Positions 27,123 through 43,930 of a stretch of 64,000 nt of DNA are shown here, piece by piece (the stretch's first letter is position 1; every line of letters begins with the position of its first letter). Made by a program: the position numbers and the translations under genes. The notes beneath the pieces are model-generated. The model did no database searches, had not been told where the DNA came from, and worked only from the letters and a program-made list of their open reading frames with translations. Origin of the DNA: Eledone cirrhosa (taxonomy: Eukaryota); contig OZ024743.1 of the NCBI GenBank assembly GCA_964016885.1, positions 170,314,001 through 170,378,000 on the forward strand, written 5' to 3'.

Positions 27123-27729
27123 TACACCTACATATGTATACGTGTGTGTATTCATATACACACTAGTATTTCAGTATGCATATGTAGATGTACATTTTTG
27201 ACTTAATTGTTTAAGCGTCAGTCATACAAAAGTGAGTTACAAACGAAACGAAATTTAATTTCGTTTCGTATTGTTTTATCGTCTCCGCTGAACCGGTGCG
27301 TACTCACACTCTATGCAAATAGTCTGCCCACTACTAATTTTCATAGAAAAAGCATATAACGATATGTGCTTTTACAATTCTCCAGAAAGGCCGGTAGATA
27401 GGTAAATATTGCTGATGAGTTGTAACAACAACGAAACTAGTTCAATATTCCTTGTCTGGCTTTCTGGAGAATAGGGGAAGATGTTCCCCCAAAAACCAGT
27501 ATGACTCTAAAAACCGGTTGTCTGTGTGTTTACATAGAGAATAGCTGGGCCGCTCACTGTAAAGCGACCAGTGAAAGACTTGGTACACCTACATATGTAT
27601 ACGTGTGTGTATTCATATACACACTAGTATTTCAGTATGCATATGTAGATGTACATTTTTGACTTAATTGTTTAAGCGTCAGTCATACAAAAGTGAGTTA
27701 CAAACGAACGAAATTTAATTTCGTTTCGT
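27123..27729 (+). mobile_element. Retrozyme-like element, subfamily 1 (461-bp unit plus ~147-bp direct repeats)
   Basis: Direct repeats 27123-27269 and 27584-27729, octamer at 27313-27320, minimal hammerhead, no ORF, (TA)n on both sides. Confidence 0.85.
27405..27449 (+). ncRNA. Minimal type I hammerhead ribozyme with intact core
   Basis: AATATTG-CTGATGA-GTTGT-AACA-ACAAC-GAAAC-TA-GTT-CAATATT; stem I extends to ATTCTCCAGAAAG (27377-27389) / CTTTCTGGAGAAT (27460-27472). Confidence 0.92.
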
Positions 27730-27739
27730 TATTTGTTTT

Positions 27740-27915
<176 letters not shown>

Positions 27916-27951
27916 TATAGTATATATAGATGTATGTATATATATATATGT

Positions 27952-27986
<35 letters not shown>

Positions 27987-28002
27987 TATATATATATATA
28001 TA

Positions 28003-28263
28003 GTAATAATAATAAAATTGAAGACTAAAATCCAAAGAGGGCTCGATAAGGAAAATATATTTCAAATATATAAGAACCGTAGAGCAAATATTTATTAAAA
28101 TAACAGATTAAAGTTTAAGCAACGAATCGCTGCTTTCACCCTTAACGGATCTTCTGAAACTAACAAAGTCAATCTGTGAACGCAGAACTGGATATTTCAA
28201 AAAACGTTGCAACCGGAGGAAGACAGGAAGACGATAATTTGGTTCGTGGAAACGTTTGCTGGC
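28003..28263 (-). mobile_element. PLE terminal-repeat fragment with variant hammerhead (28112-28161)
   Basis: Minus strand reads AGTTT-CAGAAGA-TCCGTTAAGGGT-GAAA-GCAGCG-ATT-CGTTGC-TT-AAACT; other copies at 47779-47933 and inside the Helitron at 16485-16632. Confidence 0.7.
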
Positions 28264-28455
28264 ATATATATGTATATATGTATATATATATGTATATATA
28301 TATGTATATATATGTATATATATATGTATATATATGTATATATATATGTATATATATATGTATATATATATGTATATATATATATGTATATATATTATGT
28401 ATATATATATATGTATATATATATATGTATATATATATGTATATATATATGTATA

Positions 28456-28492
<37 letters not shown>

Positions 28493-28697
28493 GTATATAT
28501 ATTGTATATTATATATAATATATATAATATATATGTATATGTATATATATGTATATATATATATGTATATATATATGTATATATATGTATATATATATAT
28601 GTATATATATGTATATATATATATATGTATATGTATATATATGTATATATATATATATATGTATAATATATATATATATGTATATATATATTATATG

Positions 28698-28730
<33 letters not shown>

Positions 28731-28797
28731 GTATATATATATATGTATATATATATGTATATATATATATATGTATATATATATATGTATATATATG

Positions 28798-28828
<31 letters not shown>

Positions 28829-28867
28829 GTATGTATATATATATATGTATATATATGTATATATATG

Positions 28868-28899
<32 letters not shown>

Positions 28900-28941
28900 T
28901 ATGTATGTATATATATATATGTATATATATGTATATATATG

Positions 28942-28991
<50 letters not shown>

Positions 28992-29004
28992 TATATGTAT
29001 GTAG

Positions 29005-30933
29005 ATAAATCTACCACACTTCAACCTGAAAGATCATAAATCTAACTTTAACTCTAATCATTCTATAAGGCTTATATGCCCTTCCAAATCTGATATTGGA
29101 ATAATTAGTAAAGAAAATTTAGATAGAGTCATCCCACAACTAAGAAAACATGTTAATTTACTACTCTGGGAAAACACATCCCAGGTAATTAACTGGTTTA
29201 ATAATATTAGAAATAAATCCTCTGCTTCATTTCTACAATTTGATATAGATAATTATTATTATTCTATATCACCTATACTCCTGAACAAAGCCTTGATATT
29301 TGCTAAAAATAGATCTAACTTAACTTTGGATGACATTAATATTATTACACATGCTAGACTAACACTATTGGAATTTCAGAATGAATACTGGACCAGAAAC
29401 ACATATAGTAATCTATTCGATATTACTATGGGCTCAAGCGATTCTGCCCAAATTACTGATCTTGTGGGCCTCTTTCTTCTTTTTAACATAAATGCTTCTT
29501 TTCCCCACCTTAAAGGTGGTTTATATCGTGACGACTGTCTTCTTCTTTCCAATAACCTTAACCTCTCAGAGATAGAAAAAAATAAAAAGCTTATTAGAAC
29601 TTTCCTCAAAGACTATTATAGTCTAGATATTACATTTGAAAACACAAGTAAAGTAGTTAATTTCCTAGATATAACATTAGACTTATCTACGGGTATCTAC
29701 CAACCCTACCATAAACCCAACCAAAATTTACACTACATACACTCACAATCTAATCACCCTAAATCTATCCTTAAAAACCTTGCATATAATATATCACTTA
29801 GAATTTCTAACCTTTCGTCTAACCAAGATGTATTTGATAAAAATGCGACCTTTTATAACGAAGCTCTAGCTAGAAGTGGCCACAAAAATAGATTAGTATA
29901 TATACCTTCTACCAATAACACTACAAACATACAACCTAATATTACCAACAAACACCAAATGAAACATACACACTTAAATGCCACTCACACTATACCCCAA
30001 AACACCAACATAAAACCAAATTTCTCTAACTCTTCTAATATACAGTATAGTAACTCTCAAAAAACTACTCATCCTACAACTCTAATAAATGTTAATAATA
30101 AAACTCCTAATAAACAAGCTAAATCAATAAATCTAACTAAAAATGTGTGTGGTGAGGTCATTAACAATAATTCTCTTAATAAACATCAGGATGCATCCTA
30201 TAAAAACAATAAACAACATCGAAACCGTAATAGACGAGTTACTTGGTACAATGCTCCATTTAATTTACAAATTAAGGATAATATACCTAAAAAATTCTTT
30301 AATATCCTAGAGAAAAACTTCCCGCCAAACCACAAATACCATCAAATCTTAAATAGATCAACGGTTAAATTCTCCTACTCAACAACCAAAAACATAAAAC
30401 AAAATATAAGTGCCTATAATGCATATAAATGTAAAAAAACCATGCGTATACCACCAGTACATCAAACTAACCATAATATCTCCTCAGATACAGGATTCAC
30501 GAAAAGTTGTAACTGTAGAAACAAGGCAAACTGTCCATTAAAAGGAAATTGCCTTGTTAATAACATAGTATATAAATGTAAAGTGAACACTAAGGACTCA
30601 ATTTATTCATATATAGGAGCTACCTCTAACAAATTTAAGGTAAGATTTAATACCCACAAACATAGTTTTAAAAATGCCGCACTAGCTAATACAACATCTC
30701 TAGCTGAAATAATAAATAGTTATAGAAAGAGGAATATAGAATATGACCTGACCTGGAGTGTGCTCAAAAGGGCCACCCCTTATCAAAATAGTAGAAAGGA
30801 ATGTAGATTATGTTCCCAAGAACTTTTTGAAATAATGAAATCTAAGGATATCCTATTAAATAAGCGACAGGAATTAATAATACCGTGTAATCATAAACTG
30901 AGAAAAACCTTTAAATATTATAAACCTAATTAA
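29005..30933 (+). CDS. 5'-truncated but uninterrupted Hydra-like PLE RT/GIY-YIG ORF
   Basis: The frame is open upstream of the called 29293 start ([28 protein letters not shown]). It continues through [44 protein letters not shown] and CNHK. The 3' region runs to about 32490. Confidence 0.9.
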   Translation: MNLPHFNLKDHKSNFNSNHSIRLICPSKSDIGIISKENLDRVIPQLRKHVNLLLWENTSQVINWFNNIRNKSSASFLQFDIDNYYYSISPILLNKALIFAKNRSNLTLDDINIITHARLTLLEFQNEYWTRNTYSNLFDITMGSSDSAQITDLVGLFLLFNINASFPHLKGGLYRDDCLLLSNNLNLSEIEKNKKLIRTFLKDYYSLDITFENTSKVVNFLDITLDLSTGIYQPYHKPNQNLHYIHSQSNHPKSILKNLAYNISLRISNLSSNQDVFDKNATFYNEALARSGHKNRLVYIPSTNNTTNIQPNITNKHQMKHTHLNATHTIPQNTNIKPNFSNSSNIQYSNSQKTTHPTTLINVNNKTPNKQAKSINLTKNVCGEVINNNSLNKHQDASYKNNKQHRNRNRRVTWYNAPFNLQIKDNIPKKFFNILEKNFPPNHKYHQILNRSTVKFSYSTTKNIKQNISAYNAYKCKKTMRIPPVHQTNHNISSDTGFTKSCNCRNKANCPLKGNCLVNNIVYKCKVNTKDSIYSYIGATSNKFKVRFNTHKHSFKNAALANTTSLAEIINSYRKRNIEYDLTWSVLKRATPYQNSRKECRLCSQELFEIMKSKDILLNKRQELIIPCNHKLRKTFKYYKPN

Positions 30934-31140
30934 TATACACTTTAGAAATTAATTTATAAATTATTTTTAATTTAGTTAACCTATAATTAATATTCTACTA
31001 CTGATGAACTACATAACTCTGCTTTAAAAATTATAAACCTAATTAATATACACTTTAGAAATTAATATATAAACTATTTTTAATTTAGTCAACCTATAAT
31101 TAATATTCTACTACTGATGAACTACATAATTTTGCTTTCC
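30918..31140 (+). repeat. 113-bp tandem duplication spanning the PLE stop codon
   Basis: TTATAAACCTAATTAATATACAC starts at 30918 and 31031. Confidence 0.9.
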
Positions 31141-31338
31141 TTCTTACAAATATCATTTCCTAAAACTGATACCATTAAGTAAACATATATAATGCTTTAA
31201 CTTCAGGTTATGTTCCTTGAAAACTATATATATTTACTATTTCTCACTATTAAATTTAATCCCCCCCCCCAATAATTATATGTGTATATATGTGTGTATA
31301 TGTAAGTGTATGTGTATGTATATATGCATGTATATGTC

Positions 31339-31373
<35 letters not shown>

Positions 31374-31503
31374 ATGTATATGTATATGTATATATATATA
31401 TGTGTGTATGTGTGTGTCTGTATGTATATGTATATGTATATATATATATGTGTGTATGTGTGTGTCTATGTGTATATATATGTATATATGTATATATATA
31501 TAA

Positions 31504-31555
<52 letters not shown>

Positions 31556-31588
31556 ATGTGTATATATATATGTATATATATGTATAAG

Positions 31589-31627
<39 letters not shown>

Positions 31628-32311
31628 ATGTGTATATATATATGTATATATATGTATAAGTATATATATATATATATATTTTTATAATCTTTTAATTTCC
31701 CCTCATCTTTAACAGCACTTTTCAACTGCATCTAACTCTTATTTATCATATCTATATGTATTAGTATAATTTTATCAATATAAATATACCCATCAATTAA
31801 ATTAAATTATATTCTTTTCATAGATGTATTTTTTTCACTAACATTCTTATCTTAAAACTTTAGTCACCTTTGATATTTGTATTGGCATTACTATTTTATA
31901 ACAGCAACTGCTTGTATACCTTTTACTGACCACCTGACCTATTTTCACCCCTAAAATAAGCTTCAATTACTACTATTTTACCATTTGGCCAATTATTAAC
32001 TTTCTATTGGTTAATTCTAAACCTCTTACCAAACAGACAGAATATATTAGATCTTTGTTGGTTTTATTCAATGAAAAAATAAAATTATTTCTGAGGTCAG
32101 CATAAGACCTATTTCTTCCCTAAAATAATCCTTCATTCATAATATTCTTTTCCATCCAAAACTGAAATCTACCTTCCTCTACCCATAATTTAACGTTCTT
32201 CTACTACTATATTACTATCCTGACCCTCACTATCTCTCAATTGGTCAATTCAAAACCTGTTCCCAAACAGACCTATTGTATTGAATCTTTGTTTTTTTCA
32301 ATAAACAAATA

Positions 32312-32453
32312 TCATTATTTCTGAAGCCAGAATATATATGTGTAGGTATGTATATTCCCTCTGATAGTTTGTATAAATATTGTACATAGATCTATAGAAT
32401 ATGCATACCAACTCTAACACATATATATCCTAGAAACGATCGTAAAATGATGA
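32312..32453 (+). ncRNA. Hammerhead-like motif with 105-nt stem II at PLE 3' end
   Basis: TCATTATTT-CTGAAGC-(ATATATATGTGT/ACACATATATAT; GGTATGTATATTC/GAATATGCATACC)-GAAAC-GATC-GTA-AAATGATGA; the core has A9>C. Confidence 0.72.
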
Positions 32454-32537
32454 ATTTATTTAATATAAGGAACTGTTTTTTTGTTTATTCATTAGTTTAT
32501 TAATTTATATGTATATATATGTATATGTATATATATG

Positions 32538-32757
<220 letters not shown>

Positions 32758-32780
32758 TATATGTATATATATATATATAT

Positions 32781-32858
<78 letters not shown>

Positions 32859-32927
32859 GTATATATATATGTATATATATATATATGTATATATATATAT
32901 GTATATATATATGTATATATATATATG

Positions 32928-32976
<49 letters not shown>

Positions 32977-33231
32977 GTATATATATATATCTATATATAT
33001 ATATATACGTGGGAAAGTAAAACATGTTTTAACATGTTTTAACGGTCTATTCTCCGATTTTTTACTTTCCCACGTGCTTACGCTCTGCTAACTCTCTAGC
33101 CCACTAAATATTAACACTTCGAATATTTAATACTGCCGGCACTAGTATCGATCAACTTTGGCATACGCTACTTGGCAAATAACTATATGTATCACCTATC
33201 CCTCCTTTTTCTCTCTTTCTCGATACATAAA

Positions 33232-33297
<66 letters not shown>

Positions 33298-33326
33298 GTG
33301 TATATATAAGTACATATGTATATATA

Positions 33327-33751
33327 TCATCATCATCATCATCATCACCGTTTTACGTCCGTTCTTCCACGCTAGCATGGGTTAGACGGGTTGTCCTGTT
33401 GTGGGCAGTGTCTGGTCGGCTGACCATGCCTTGCTCATACAGGAACTGATCTGGCTTGATTTCTACAGCTGGATGCCCTTCCTAACACCAACCTCATTTA
33501 CAGTGAGTGCTGGGTGCTTTTTCGTGGCGCCTACACGTCCACTTTACAGTGTGGGCTGGGTGCTTTTTTGCCGTGGCACCTCCACGACCACCTTGCGGTG
33601 GGGGGGGGGGGGCATATTGTTTATATGCTTCAGCATGTACCCATGGGAGGTCGGGTACCCTGTATTACTGCGTGACGCCAGAAGTCACGGTCGTGTGTCA
33701 TTGACTTTGAGAGGTGTAGTTGGGTAAGGTCGGCTTTTATCACCTCATCCC
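33327..33751 (-). mobile_element. 3' fragment of RTE family A
   Basis: Near-identical to 19402-19828, with a (CAT)n tail. Confidence 0.92.
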
Positions 33752-34086
33752 TTGATATTATATAAATATATATATATATTTATATAATATCAAGTAAGAA
33801 TATTTTCGAAACAGCGAGTTGGTTTGAAAATGTAAGCCATCGCCGTACTTTGACTAAAGAAACTAAAGAAATTATTCAGCCTGACAGTGGGGCCAAGAAC
33901 CCTCGGAGAAATGGAAAAAGATGAGTATTGACGTACATGGGAGTCAATACTCATTTTTTTCCACTTCTCCGAGGGCACCCAACCCCACTATCATGCATAT
34001 ATATTTATGTGTATATATATATATATGTATATATATATATGTATATATATATATATGTATATATATATATACATATATATATATAC

Positions 34087-34117
<31 letters not shown>

Positions 34118-34183
34118 CACATAAATATATATACATATATACATATATATATACATATATACTTATATATACACATATATATG

Positions 34184-34270
<87 letters not shown>

Positions 34271-34437
34271 GTATATATATATGTATATATATATATATTA
34301 TATATATATATATATTATATATATGTATATATATATATATTATATATATATATATTATATATTATATATATATATATATTATATATTATATATATATATA
34401 TTATATATATATATATTATATATATATATATATTATA

Positions 34438-35327
34438 TCATCATCATCATCATCATCATCATCATTTTACGTCCGCTTTTCCCTGCTTGCAAGGGTGGGA
34501 CGGGTCTTATTCAGCACAGCATCTCTCCACTCGTCACGGTCCCTCGTCATCTCCACCGTGAGCTTCAATGATCTGAGGTCTGTTCTCACCACCTCTGCCC
34601 ATGTTTTTCGTGGTCTACCTCTACTACGTCTTCCTTCAACTGGCATTTCCTGGCACTTCTTCACCCATCGGTCATCCTCCATGCGCATCACATGTCCATA
34701 CCACCTCAGTCTCCTCTCCCGTACACTACATTCTATCCCTCTCAGACACAGTTTCTCTCTCAACACATTTATGCTGGGTCGTTCACGCACATTTACACTG
34801 CACATCCAACGGAGCATGCTTGCCTCATTTCTCTCCAGCCGTCGAATATCTTCTGCGGTAGCTGCCCATGTCTCACTACCATGCAGCATCGCGCTCCTCA
34901 CACAGGCATCATACAACCGGCCTTTCGTACGCAGGGAGAAACCCTTCTTCGTCAACAGAGGAAGCAGCTCCTAAACTTCTTCCAACCCGTCCTTATTCTA
35001 GATACTATGGCCTCGGAACACCCTCCTCCCATGCTAATCTGATCTCCTAGGTACCGGAAGCTATCCACCACTTCTATAGCGCCCTCATCGCATTTGAAAA
35101 ATGTGTCTATCAGTGCGACTTCTACTGTCTAATTTCCCTGTACATCTACTGCATACATATTTCTCCCTACCTGTTAGTTTGCCTGCTATCCCGCTACATC
35201 TCTTGTGTACCCAGGACCTACATTGTGTGCATTTTATAGAATTTATGCCAGTTCCTTTTCTGCATATCGAACATGGCCATTTCCCTGACGGAATCAGGGT
35301 TTTGTCCTCTTTTCTACTCATCAACAC
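34438..35327 (-). mobile_element. 5'-truncated RTE family C with PHD finger
   Basis: GKWPCSIC..CTQC..WVHKRC..CSRC (35085-35327), [18 protein letters not shown] (34467-34955), and a (CAT)n tail right after the stop. Confidence 0.9.
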
Positions 35328-35371
35328 TATATATATATATATAATATTATATTATATATATATATATATAA

Positions 35372-35559
35372 GGGCGGTGGATTGGCAGTATCGGTAGAGG
35401 GTTGGACGCCATGCTTTCCAACATAGTTACGTCCCTTTACCATCTGAGTTCAAATCCCACCGAGGTTGACTTTGCCTTTCATCCTTACGGGGGTCGATAA
35501 AATAAAGTACCAGTAATGCACTGGTAATTGCTGGCCTTGTGCCTAAAGTAGAAACAATT

Positions 35560-35560
<1 letters not shown>
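35372..35560 (+). mobile_element. tRNA-derived SINE with Nin/Deu-like central domain
   Basis: A-box TGGCAGTATCGG, B-box GAGTTCAAATCC, core GCCTTTCATCCTTACGGGGGTCGATAAAATAAAGTACC, ending GAAACAATTA(TA)n. The domain name is from recollection of the consensus. Confidence 0.8.
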
Positions 35561-39437
<3,877 letters not shown>

Positions 39438-40918
39438 TCATCATCATCATCATCATCAACGTTTAACGTCCGTGTTCCACGCTTGCATGGGTTTGGACGG
39501 GGGTAGTCCCACTTGAGGCAAGAGTGATTGTCTTGCTCGCATAGGACTGTCTGGCAGGTTTTCTACAGTTGGATGCCCTTCCTAACACTAACCACATTTA
39601 CAGTGTGGGTCTGGGAGGTTTTTACCGTGTTGCCTACACGGCCACATTACAGCGTGGACTGTGTGTTTTTTTGTCGTGACACCTACACGATCTCATTTGT
39701 TTCGGCCTCGATGGCGCGGCACCAACATAACTTTACATAGAACGGGGTGGTGTGGATGGGGTAGGGGGGGGGGGGGGTGTATTTTGTTAGGGATGCCTAC
39801 TGGCTGGAGTAGGTTTTACTATATATTTAGGTAAGGCGGGTCTTCTCTGTTACTGAGTACCGCCAAAGGTCTCGGTCCAGTGACATTGTCTTGGAGAGGT
39901 GTAAGTGTGTGATGTCGGAGTTTATCAGCTCGTCCCAGGTTTTTCTAGGTCTGCCTATTCCGTGACTACCGTCTATCTTTATTGCCCTGCACTTTGTTAT
40001 ACAGCTATCGACTTTCATGCGCATCACGTGTCCATACCAACGTAGCCTTCTCTCGAGTAAACAACATCTGATCCCTCTTATCTCTAATTTTTTCCTTAGT
40101 TCGTTTATGCTTTGCCGTTCACGTATATTACTGTTACACATCCAGCGGAGCATGCAAGCTTCGTTCCTCTCTAGTCTGCGTATATCCTCTGCACACAATG
40201 CCCAGGTCTCACTGCCATGCAGCATTGCTGTTCGTATGCAGGCATCGTACAACCTGCCTTTCATTTTTAGTGAGAACCCTTTAGCAGCTAATAGTGGTAT
40301 AAGCTCTCTGAACTTTTTCCAACCAGTTCTGACTCTAGCTACAGTACTTTCAGAGCACCCTCCCCCACTGCTGATTTTATCGCCCAGGTAACGGAAGCTG
40401 TCCACTATTTCTATAGAACCCTCTGCGCAATTGAAAGAGCTAGGGCAATTGAAAGAGCTAGCAGCTTGTGGGCACTTGCTGCTACTTATTGCACCAGAGC
40501 ACCAGCCACATGTAAAATCTATGTTCTTAGTTAGCTTACCTGTGATCCCACTACATCTTTTATGCACCCATACTTTGCATTTAGGACATAAAATGGAGTT
40601 TCTACCTACGCCTTTCCTACACACCGAGCACGACCATTTCCCAGAAGGGACCGCCGCCTTGTTTTCTTTCCTACAAACTAGTACTTTGGTCTTAGCCAGG
40701 TTAATTTTAAGTCCTTTTGACTCTAGGCCGTGCTTCCATGTTTGGAATTTCTTCTCTAGCTCGGCCATTGATTCCGCTATGAGTGTCAGGTCGTCTGCGT
40801 ATAGGAGTTCCCATGGGCAGCCTGTCTTGAACTCCTCTGTTATAGCCTGAAGGGCAATAATAAATAGTAGTGGGCTGAGAACAGAGCCCTGATGGACGCC
40901 AACTTTTACGCTAAACTC
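39438..40918 (-). mobile_element. 5'-truncated RTE family B with PHD finger
   Basis: ORF 39827-40768 preceded by GVHQGSVLSPLLF and LLYADD; (CAT)n tail. Confidence 0.92.
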
Positions 40919-40926
40919 TATATATA

Positions 40927-40967
<41 letters not shown>

Positions 40968-42215
40968 GTATATATATATATGTATATATATATATTATAT
41001 ATATATATGTATATATATATATGTATATATATATATATTATATATATATATTATATATATATATGTATATATATATGTATATATATATATATTATATATA
41101 CGTATATATATATATATTATATATATGTATATAAATGTATATATATTTATATTATGTATATATTATATATATATATATATTATATATATATTATATATAT
41201 ATTATATATATATATGTATATATATATATGTATATATATATATTATATATATATATTATATATATATATGTATATATATATGTATATATATATATATTAT
41301 ATATACGTATATATATATATATTATATATATGTATATAAATGTATATATATTTATATTATATATATATTATATATATATATATATTATATATATATTATA
41401 TATATATTATATATATATATGTATATATATATGTATATATATATATATTATATATATGTATATATATGTATATATATTTATATTATATATATATTATATA
41501 TATATATATTATATATATATATTATATATATATTATATATATATATATATTATATATATATTATATATATAAATTATATATTTTATATATTATATATATA
41601 TATGATATATATAAATTATATATTATATATACATATTATATATGTAAATTATATATATATATATATTATATATATATATTATATATATATAAATTATATA
41701 TTATATATATATATATTATATATGTAAATTATATATATATATTATATATATATATCATATATATATAATATATATATATATTATATATATATATTATATA
41801 TATATATATTATATATATATATTATATATATATATTATATATATATATTATATATATATTATATATATATATATTATATATATATATTATATATATTATA
41901 TATATATATTATATATATATATTATTTATATATATATTATATATATATATTATATATATATATTATATATATATTATAGATATATATATTATATATATAT
42001 ATTATATATATTATATATATATATTATATATATATATTATTTATATATATATTATATATATATATTATATATATTATATATATATATTATATATATATTA
42101 TATATATATATTATATATATTATATATATATATATTATATATATATATATTATATATATATATTATATATATATATATTATATATTATATATATATATAT
42201 ATATATATTATATAT

Positions 42216-42249
<34 letters not shown>

Positions 42250-42460
42250 ATTATATATATATATTATATATATATTATATATATATATTATATATATATT
42301 ATATATATATATATATATATTATATAATATATATATATATATTATATATATATATTATATATATATTATATATATATATATATATAATATATATATATAT
42401 AATATATATATTTATAATATATATATATAATATATATATATAATATATATATATAAATAT
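40919..42460. repeat. (TA)n tract
   Basis: Direct reading. Confidence 0.97.
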
Positions 42461-43135
42461 AACTAAGGAAAAAATTAGAGATAAGAGGGATCAGATGTTG
42501 TTTACTCGAGAGAAGGCTACGTTGGTATGGACACGTGATGCGCATGAAAGTCGATAGCTGTATAACAAAATGCAGGGCAATAAAGATAGACGGTAGTCAC
42601 GGAATAGGCAGACCTAGAAAAACCTGGGACGAGCTGATAAACTCCGACATCACACACTTACACCTCTCCAAGACAATGTCACTGGACCGAGACCTTTGGC
42701 GGTACTCGGTAACAGAGAAGACCCGCCTTACCTAGATATATAGTAAAACCTACTCCAGCCAGTGGGCATCTCTAACAAAATACACCCCGTCCCACCACCA
42801 CCACCTCCACCCCATCCACACCACCCCCGTTCTATGTAAAGTTATGTTGGTGCCGCGCCATCGAGGCCGAAACAAATGAGATCGTGTAGGTGTCACGACA
42901 AAAAAACACACAGTCCACGCTGTAATGTGGCCGTGTAGGCAACACGGTAAAAACCTCCCAGACCCACACTGTAAATGTGGTTGGTATTAGGAAGGGCATC
43001 CAACTGTAGAAAACCTGCCAGACAGTCCTATGCGAGCAAGACAATCACTCTTGCCTCAAGTGGGACTACCCCCGTCCAAACCCATGCAAGCGTGGAACAC
43101 GGACGTTAAACGTTGATGATGATGATGATGATGAT
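42461..43135 (+). mobile_element. 3' fragment of RTE family B
   Basis: Reverse complement of 39438-40100 at high identity; (GAT)n tail. Confidence 0.92.
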
Positions 43136-43264
43136 ATATATATAATATATATATATACTATATGTATATAATATATATATATAATATATATATATATTTA
43201 TAATTTACATATATAATATATATATAATTTACATATATATATATTTATATATATATATATTTAT

Positions 43265-43309
<45 letters not shown>

Positions 43310-43800
43310 ATATATATATATATATATAAATATATATATATATAAATATGTATATATATAGATATATATGTATTATATATATATATATGTATTATATATA
43401 TATGTATTATATATATATATATGTATTATATATAAATATATATATATATAAATATGTATATATATATATGTATTATATATATATATATGTATTATATATA
43501 TATATATGTATTATATATATATGTATTATATATATATGTATTATATATATATGTATTATATATATGTATTATATATATATGTATTATATATATATATATG
43601 TATTATATATATATATGTATTATATATATGTATTATATATATATGTATCATATATATATGTATTATATATATATGTATTATATATATATGTATTATATAT
43701 ATATGTATTATATATATATATATATTATATATATATGTACTATATATATATTATATATATATGTATTATATATATGTATTATATATATATGTATTATATA

Positions 43801-43876
43801 TACTCTTTTACTCTTTTCCCTGATTCAGCCATCCGGCTGAGGCCATGCTGGGGCACCGCCCTTGTTGCTACACATT
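43801..43876 (-). mobile_element. Short SINE-like 3' end fragment
   Basis: Minus strand GGGCGGTGCCCCAGCATGGCC...GAAAAGAGTAAAAGAGTA has a short tandem tail; the family is recognised only tentatively. Confidence 0.45.
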
Positions 43877-43930
43877 TATATATATATTATATATATTATA
43901 TATATATATATATATATAAATATAGGAAAC

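Noticed and set aside
31001-31125. Two CTGATGA motifs after the PLE stop as a hammerhead or SECIS
   Set aside because: No stem I or II pairing found, no in-frame TGA in the ORF, and the repetition is explained by the 113-bp duplication.
33007-33075. 16-bp inverted repeat as a MITE or terminator
   Set aside because: Short, single copy here and no TSD evidence; probably another small junction foldback.
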